A stretch of 64,000 bases of DNA from the human T2T-CHM13v2.0 reference genome, Homo sapiens, in assembly GCF_009914755.1 (NCBI RefSeq), contig NC_060941.1, one strand, 5' to 3'. A model generated the notes under the pieces. The model ran no database searches. It was not told where the DNA came from and saw nothing but the letters and a program-made list of their open reading frames with translations. The position numbers and the translations under genes are program-made. This document shows, piece after piece, positions 56,067 to 64,000 of this stretch (positions are counted from its first letter, which is position 1; every line of letters starts with the position of its first letter).

Positions 56067-56444
56067 CTATTTTTAGAACAAATTGTTAACAAATTATTAA
56101 CAGTATAAACAGAAAGGCATTAGACAGGCCTGGTCCCAACATAGAACAAGGCTATTTAGTTTAGTGGCATATTTCTCAGCATTTCAATACTTTAAAATAC
56201 ACAATGATCAATATTTTCCTAATTGCCAAAATAATATGTGACAGAACTATAATAATTAAAATAATATGTTACTGGTGCAGGATATAGTGACCAATGGAAC
56301 AGAACAGAAGTCTAATATGGACCAAAGAAAATATAAAAATAAAGATTAATAAAATGACCTTTCAAATGTATTAGAAAGATGGTTTATTTAATAAATAATA
56401 TTGGGACAACTAAACAAATACATTAACAAATTTTATGTTTGTAA

Positions 56445-56721
56445 TTTTTTTTTTTTGTTACAGGATCTCATTCTGCCACCTAGACTGGAGTGCAGTGGAG
56501 CAATCACAGCTCACTGCAGCCTCAATCTCCCACGCTTAAGCAATTCTCCCACGTCAGCTCCCTGTAGCTGAGACTATTGGCCCACGCCACCACACTTGGC
56601 TAATTTTTGTATTTTTAGTAGAGACAGGGTTTTGCCATGTTGCCCAGGCTGGTTTCAAACTCCTGAGTTTAAGCAATACACCCACTTCGGGATTTACAGA
56701 TGTGAGCCACCATGCCTGGCC
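56445..56721 (-). mobile_element. AluJ-like element with a small internal deletion
   Basis: Reverse Alu dimer. Confidence 0.9.
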
Positions 56722-58477
56722 TGTAATTTTTAAATGCAAAGTATACGGTGTTTTCCAGGGTAAGAGGGAAGTGATACTGGCTGTTGGGACTGACCCACAG
56801 TAACTGGAAAAATTAAATAGAAGCCTCAGTTTCGTCATCTGCAAAGTGAGAGATATATTAACATGTCTTTCACAGGCCTAAATGTAAAATGGTAGATGTA
56901 AATCACTTAGCATAGTTTCCCGCACACACCAAATCCTCAATGAAATCTAAGTGTTTATTGCTATTGTTGTCGTTGTCATTATTATTCATTATGTATTGCT
57001 TGTGGGAGTATGACTTTTTATGATTTTAGAGGGAAATAATTTGAAATATGAATCAAGAATCTTGAAAGTATGCTTCCTTTGAATAATTCTGCTTCTAGAA
57101 ATTTATATTCAAGAAACAATTTATGACATTTACAAAGATTGAACAAGGCTGTTCATTCTAGTATTTTTTATTACACTAAAAATTGGAAACAAATTGAATC
57201 TCATACATTGGTGTGTTAATAAGTTAGTCGTGGTATCCATATAATGGAATGGTACTTAGCTTCTGAAAAGTAGGCCATAGATAAAAGATTTCAAAAGTGT
57301 GTCCCAAAGGTGTTGCAGATGTGCTCCAGAAACTAACTCCATGAGGAAGGAAGAGGAGGCTAAGGGATTGCAACTTCTTCCCTGATTTCCCAAAGAGCAG
57401 CTATACTTGGTTTGAATTCATAATCATATTTTTAATGTGTTGATGTCCAATGCTTTTAATTTTTTAAGGTGCTGCTATTTTTAAAATGAACAAAATTCTT
57501 AAAGAAGTTTTTTGTTTAGACAAAAAGAAGTTCATGACTTGATGAGTACAAAGGTAGTTCAAAATGTGCTCCAAAACTTTAAGTAATCAATTTAAAATTA
57601 TTTCAGTATCTCCTGAGCTAACATTAAAGAAAGAAATCACAGCTCTAGATGGTATTTGATGAGAGAAACCTAGAGAGAGAATAAAATTGCTCATACAAAT
57701 ACATTAAATTCTCAAAGACCTAATCTAAAAGCAATGAATAAGACTGAATTAGAGGATGCTGTATTTATTAGAAAATACACGCAATATAAACACAATGGTC
57801 GGAGAACTCTACACTTCTGGAAGGTTCATGGCTCTTCTTTTTCAGCTTTTAAGGCTTCTGTCTTTTATAAAAATCATTTTTATCCCTCCTAAAAATTATT
57901 TTTAATAAAAGTAAATAGTCCTCCATGAAATCTAGCTACTCACTTTGATGTTTGCTTAAATGTCTGTTATAGAAAACTGTATGTTAGAATATTTTGTATC
58001 AAAATGTGTTTTTTCATTTCAAATTATAACTTAGGTTTGTTATAGGATATTGACTTGTGAAATTTAATTCATAGTCAATGGTTTTACTCATCTTGCTTTA
58101 GTTAACCTCACCAGTACATATAAACTATGTAAATTCACCGGCTAGTATAAAACCTTTATCAGATTTCAGTCTAGATGTTCTTTCCTCACAGTGACAATAT
58201 ATAAAATATTGTTCATAGCAGATTAATCTTTAAAAACAAAGAGAAATTACATCTTTCATTGTATGATACCACTGTTATAAATTAATAGATTCATGAAATA
58301 TCTGGAAGAATTTTACAGCATATTCTTAATCATGATTAATGTCCAAGTGATAGCGTTATTTATATTCTTTTTTCTTTTGCTTATCTACATATTTCAAATT
58401 TTTTCACATTGAATGTTTCCCTTTTTTATAATAAAGAAAGAAGTGAAAGAATGAAATTTTTCAATGTTTTTCTTTAC

Positions 58478-58536
58478 CTTTCAATGCTTCCACTTTTCCA
58501 GATTTTCCTTTATATTCCTTCTTAACATTTCTGATT
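58478..58536 (-). CDS. ABCA6: ABCA6 exon ~11 (59 nt): IRNVKKEYKGKSGKVEALK
   Basis: ttcag|A...G|gtaaag; start of NBD1. Confidence 0.93.
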
Positions 58537-59494
58537 CTGAAATAACAAAAAGGGTGCTTACTTAGCCAACACAGAAGTGAAAATAGCACGGGCCATTTAT
58601 AGCCCTAGTCATAGTGATAACTGCAGCCAACCACTTTATGTGAAATAAGGGATGGCATAAACAGTCTATTCAGAAAGAAAAAACCCTATTTTTGATTACT
58701 TATTTCCCCTGAGGTAGAAAATAGAGGAGTCTCTCTCAAGTTACAATTAAACTACTAGTATTTTGCCTAGAAAAGTAGAATGCTGTGTAATTATCCTCAC
58801 TTTCTTCCTCTAGCTTTAGAACAGTTGGTTCTTCCCCCTGTTCAAGATCAGCTCATTTACCTAGGGTCTTGAACTGGCATCCTGCATCGTCTCCAAGTCT
58901 TGCTTATTAGTTTATGAGTCAGACACTCTGTCACCTGCATCTTTTATAGTGTTCTCTCTAATAGTTCCTCTTTGAACTCACCTCTACTTTGGACACAATT
59001 TAATTTCTCTCCTCCCTGTATTGTACAAAATTCTCAAAATAAACTTGCCATTGTAAACTTGCCATTTTCACTTCCTGACCTTTAATTCCTCTTCAATTGC
59101 ACTCTGATTTCTGAACTCACCACTCCAGTGAACCACTTCATAATGAAATCATTAGTGACCTCCTAATTATAAAATACAACAAATACTTTTCCATTCTTAC
59201 AGTGGATTATGAGTCACTGTTGATGACTTTCTCTTTGTTAATGGTGACTTAATTGCTTTGCTTCTTATTTTTCTAAATGTTCCTTCTCTGTTTCCTAATA
59301 AAGTCCTCTTCCTTCATCAGACACATCAGCTTGATATTCCACAGGGTTCTCCATGTATATGATGGATCTTCTCATTTGAGACTCTCTCCAGAAGTTTTCT
59401 CGTTGGATTTTTTGTTTTAGCATCAACCTAATGCTGACCCCACCCTTTTCATTGATCTTTAGATTCACACATCTAATGGTTTGCTGCATAGATA

Positions 59495-59540
59495 GTCTCT
59501 CTCTCTGTCTCTCTCACACACACACACACACAGACACACA
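59495..59540. repeat. (TC)n(CA)n compound microsatellite
   Basis: Seen directly. Confidence 0.85.
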
Positions 59541-59549
59541 GCTCTTAAT

Positions 59550-59788
59550 CAGTGGTTGTTAATTGTGAATACACATTAGAATTCCAAAGGGAACTGATGC
59601 CTGCAAACAACATCTGAGATTCATATTATATTCACATTAATTACTTCTCTGCAGAGTTCACAGAAAAAAGATTCACATTAATTGATCTGGGGTGATGAGT
59701 TTTTCTTGGCAGTGAAGGCTGAGGATTGGGATATTTTAAATGTTCTTCCAAATGAGTCTAATGTGAAGCCAGGTTTGAGAATTAACTG
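59550..59788. mobile_element. MER5-type hAT-Charlie remnant
   Basis: cagtggtt...acacattagaat and ctaatgtgaagccaggtttgagaattaactg ends. Confidence 0.6.
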
Positions 59789-62700
59789 CTCTAAAACTGC
59801 ATATGCAGAACAGACTTCACTGCATTGTCACCTAAACCCATTTCCCCATCACGCAGGATCTTATTTGGCAGCATGGACATTCAACTACTCTCTTCCTGAT
59901 TCTCACTCAGATTCATCACCCATCCAACCTGGTATCATTTTTGTAAAATTTAACTCTAAAATAGTTCAAGTCTTGGGTCCCTTTTAAGTCTTCAACTATT
60001 CTTCTCTTGTTCACTGCCTCTAGTTCCTTTCCCTACTTTCAGTTTATTCCCCTAGAATCCATGCTTCACACAGGAAACAGGGTGATTTATTTTAAAATCC
60101 ATTTTATTTACTCCTCAACGTTCCTCATCAGCCTCAGAGGGAAAGTCAAGGCTACTTTGTACCACATGAAGCAGCCACTCATGGTCTGTCCAGTGACATC
60201 TTTTGGCATCCTCGGCCTCATGTTTTATGTGTCAGGATCACCAAACCACCATTTATATCCTGCACAAAGCTTAGTGCTTTTTGTCTTTTCTGCTGGGTGT
60301 GTCATACACATATACATATATACATGCACTCACACACACATATGTACATATGCACAAACACACCTTTTTATCTGTCTTATTCTTAGAATGTTCATTGCAA
60401 CATCATTTGTCAGACCAAAAAATTAGAAACAACTAGAATATTTTTCAATGTCAGAAAAGATAAATAAAAGTGGTAGATTCATATCTTAGAATACTTTTAT
60501 ATAAAAATTAAAATCAATGCATTAGCCCATAGTTATCACTATGAATACACCCCAAAAAGCAAAATGCTGAGTGTAGAAGCAATATGTAGAAACTTAAGTA
60601 CAGTCTGATACCATTTATAGATTATATCAAAAACACACAGAGCTATATCACATATATCTATATCACATATTGATTAGGGCTATAAGTGTATGGTGCAATA
60701 TGTAAATATATGAATGGAAAGTGATAACACCAAATCCATTATAAAGGTAAATTCTGACGAAGGATGGAGAAAATATTTTAAAGAGATCAAAAGGGACTTT
60801 AAATAAACATATAATATATCCATTAAAAATACAAAGCAAATATGACAATAATGTTTATATCTGCTCAACCCGGATGGTGAATATGTCAGCTTTAAAAGCC
60901 TAAATTTCTTCAGTAATTTTTAACTTTTTAAAACAAAAATAGACGTTCTCTTCGATTTCCCTAAACTAGGGTAGTTAACACTTCTATTGACTAAATAACA
61001 GTAGTTAATATCTCTATCCCTACATTTATCAGATTGAATTTCATGTACCTATTTATTTTGTTCCCTGTGTTGTGTGCTCCTTGAAAGACAGTTTATTGTT
61101 CATATTTGCTGCCCTAAAGATTAGTAAAGAACCCAGCAACAATATGTTTGTTGAATGAATGAATGAAGCAAAGTTAAAAGATGATGAGTCTCACCAGGTA
61201 TTTTATTTCAGCATTTCTTTGTAAAATGGAATCCCTGTTGAAGTGAAACTTTAATGTTTTGTTTTAATAAAGAAAATTCCATTTAGGAGGAGCTGTTGTT
61301 TCTGGATTTTAGACATGAAATCAGTCATTTACATTTGAGGCAGACATTCTACCTGTGTTCTGGGAATATTGCCTGAATGGTCTATAGTTACAGGAATGCA
61401 CATATGTGTACACAATTGCCCCCAGAGAAAATGTGACTTGGGAGTTATGAATGAGGAAGAGCCAGTTGTGAATAAAAAATGTATATTTTTACAAACCCAG
61501 AATCATGATTCTGGTTAGAATTCTACAAACTTTCATCCATACCCCTGATACATAGAGCTTAAAGATTACATACCCTGTAAGCTCTATGTATCTTAGGGGA
61601 AGAGTTCCTTTGTATATAAAGCATTTCTATATAAAGAGGAAGAGTCAATTTTTATATAAAGCAGAGACCACATAGGAAGAAAAAAATCAATGGCTTAGTG
61701 CCTTTTATATTCATACAAAATAGAATTCACACGTTGGAATTGATTGAAAAAGATTTGACATTGTCTACAGGTGGGGAAGAGTAATGATGCCACTAAGAAA
61801 TGATCACTGTGAAGAAAGAAGAGATAAAACTTGTGGATTAGAAACTGCATATACTGTTGGATGGTCAAAAGGCAGTTTTAGACTGCCTTGCAGCCCCAGA
61901 CCTGCTTTAACACTCAGTGAGTGTGTACCACCTTGCCATTAAAGAGCTACAACATTGACCGCCTAAGCCTACTTTCTTGCTTTGGTGTGGATCTGGGGTG
62001 AGGTGCCCCACAATGGAGCCAAAAGCTTTAGTGAATAGTCCTTGCATCAAATGACTTTCTTTCCCTGGTTTGTCAGTAGCCTCAGGTCTCCACCTGAGCT
62101 AAGAATCCAGACCAAGTGACAGGTGTGCCCAGTCAACACTGTATACATTGGCTAGGTTTGGAGGCACAGTGGGGATGTGGGAGAAGAAGGGAGAAGTTGG
62201 GGGAAGGTGGGGGTGGAGCACATTTTACTTTCTTTCCTAGGTCACTAGGCAGCAGTAGAAGAACAAAGAAAATTTTGAGGTCTTTGTAAGTAAAAGATTT
62301 TGTTAGAAGATTGGATCTGAAAATTATTATAATTTGAATAATAATATAATACAATATTATTTTGTGCCCTCAACTGGTAAAGAAGGATTGATGACACTGG
62401 AACTGAGTTTTATGGAATTATTCCTCACTTGGCCTTTCTTGTTTGGATAGAAATTTTCTATGGAGCTGGTATACTCCTAGCTAGAGCAGAGGAAGCGCTG
62501 TTGCCCCTCTCAGAAAACTTAAACGGAAAATTGGTTAAGAACTAGATGGAGGAAGCTTAGGTATATGGGTTAGGCCTCTTTGTCTTGGAAATATTTCACT
62601 TCCTAGATATGGTTCTCTATTTATTCATTTTTCTTTGCCTCCTGACATCTCAATAGTATGTTAAGAGCATAGACTGTAGAGCCAGACTATCTGGATTACA

Positions 62701-63511
62701 ATTCCAGTTCCCCACTTGCGAGTTGTGTGATATTGGGTAAAAGGCTTAAGCTTTCATTGCTTCACTTTTTGTATTCTCAAAATGGGGAAAATAAAGATAC
62801 CTACCTCGTAAGCTTTTTGTGCGAATTATGTGCAAGTCAGGTACATAGTCAGCACTAAGTAAACATCTGTTAATAAATAAACGATTGCTATTTAAAGCGC
62901 TGATCCATTAACTTTGTACCAAACTTTGTAGAAAAATCTACAAAGCTATTTTGAAATCCACGATACTTGGGTTCAATCCCAAAACTGCTGAGTTAGAATC
63001 CCTGGCTAAAAACAGATATTCTAAATGCTCCTCATGCAATTCTGTGATATACCAAGTCTCATAACAACCCTACAAAGTCAATATTAATCTTGTTTCATAG
63101 AAGACACTGAGACTCATAAAATTTACTCATTTTTCCAAGAGTACACATCAAATGAGAGAGGAGAGTATTAGGATCTAAGAATTTCTGATTCAGAATTTCT
63201 TACTTCTTCCAACTTATCATATAAAGCCAGATGAAACCATGGAGAGAGGGGTTCACAGAATGAAAGGAGCAAGTATAAAAGAGAGGTGGGCACAAGAGAA
63301 AGAGGCAGAAAGGGGGACAAGATGAAGTGTGGCTGGATAATATGATACAGAGCTGATAAACAAGGAGGATTTTCCTTTCAAGTAACAGAAGAAATTGGTG
63401 GTGATGGAAATGGAGCAGTTCAAAGTGACATTGACAAAAACAAATATCTTCTCCTTCAATATTTTGCCTCAAGCTCACCCTGATGCTCTCGGTTAATAAT
63501 TCTTTAGCCTT

Positions 63512-63763
63512 ATGTTCTCACTCATAGGTGGGAATTGAACAATGAGAACACATGGACACAGGAAGGGGAACATCACACACCAGGGACTGTTCTGGGGTAG
63601 GGGGAGGGGGGAGGGATAGCATTAGGAGATACACCTAATGCTAAATGACGAGTTAATGGGTGCAGCACACCAACATGGCACATGTATACATATGTAACAA
63701 ACATGCACGTTGTGCACATGTACCCTAAAACTTAAAGTATAATAATAATAAAATTAAAAATAA
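63512..63763 (+). mobile_element. Young L1PA 3' fragment (~250 bp) with an ~18-bp target-site duplication
   Basis: L1 3'UTR; taataattctttagcctt (63494-63511) versus taataattcttcagcctt (63764-63781). Confidence 0.93.
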
Positions 63764-63818
63764 TAATAATTCTTCAGCCTTGTGCTCATGCATTAGTATT
63801 ACTTATAAGTGTGATTAC

Positions 63819-63987
63819 CTGATGGCTTCTTTTCCTTGGAATTCAGGAGCTACTGGTTCAAAATAATCATCAGAGGGATGCTCAGCATCGATTTCTTTCT
63901 CAATAACCTTAGCATTAGTCCTTTGGTGTTGGAAACAAGATGATGAATTCAAGAAAAATAAAGGAGAATAATGGCGCTCATCTCCAT
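63819..63987 (-). CDS. ABCA6: ABCA6 exon ~10 (169 nt): (Y)GDERHYSPLFFLNSSSCFQH...FEPVAPEFQGKEAI(R)
   Basis: ttag|AT...AG|gtaatc; phase joins the next exon. Confidence 0.93.
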
Positions 63988-64000
63988 CTAATTAACCAAG

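Overview
This is primate genomic DNA, almost certainly human, from the ABCA6-like transporter cluster (17q24). The minus strand carries the last 30 coding exons of ABCA6 (63987 down to the stop at 19863). I call these exons 10-39, numbering back from an assumed terminal exon 39. I traced every exon by hand: all have GT-AG boundaries, the reading phase is continuous, and they encode NBD1, TMD2, NBD2 and the C-terminus ...PHSDEP*. A poly(A) signal lies at 19609-19614. About 17.7 kb of repeat-rich intergenic DNA follows, then a TATA/E-box promoter and non-coding first exon of the next gene, ABCA9 (about 1760-1890, minus). An ABCA6 intron holds the bidirectional MIR4524A/B hairpin. The rest is Alu, L1, L2, MIR, MaLR/ERV LTR and DNA-transposon debris, and most ORF-track entries are repeat-derived or chance. 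I found no new multi-gene system. The most interesting observations are local: traces of the duplication, deletion and fold-back steps that appear to have built the MIR4524 hairpin; a 52-bp direct repeat bracketing an in-frame exon; degenerate ATP-site motifs; and a 3'-truncated L1 whose antisense promoter faces ABCA9. Repeat subfamily names and variant identities are from memory, not from a search.
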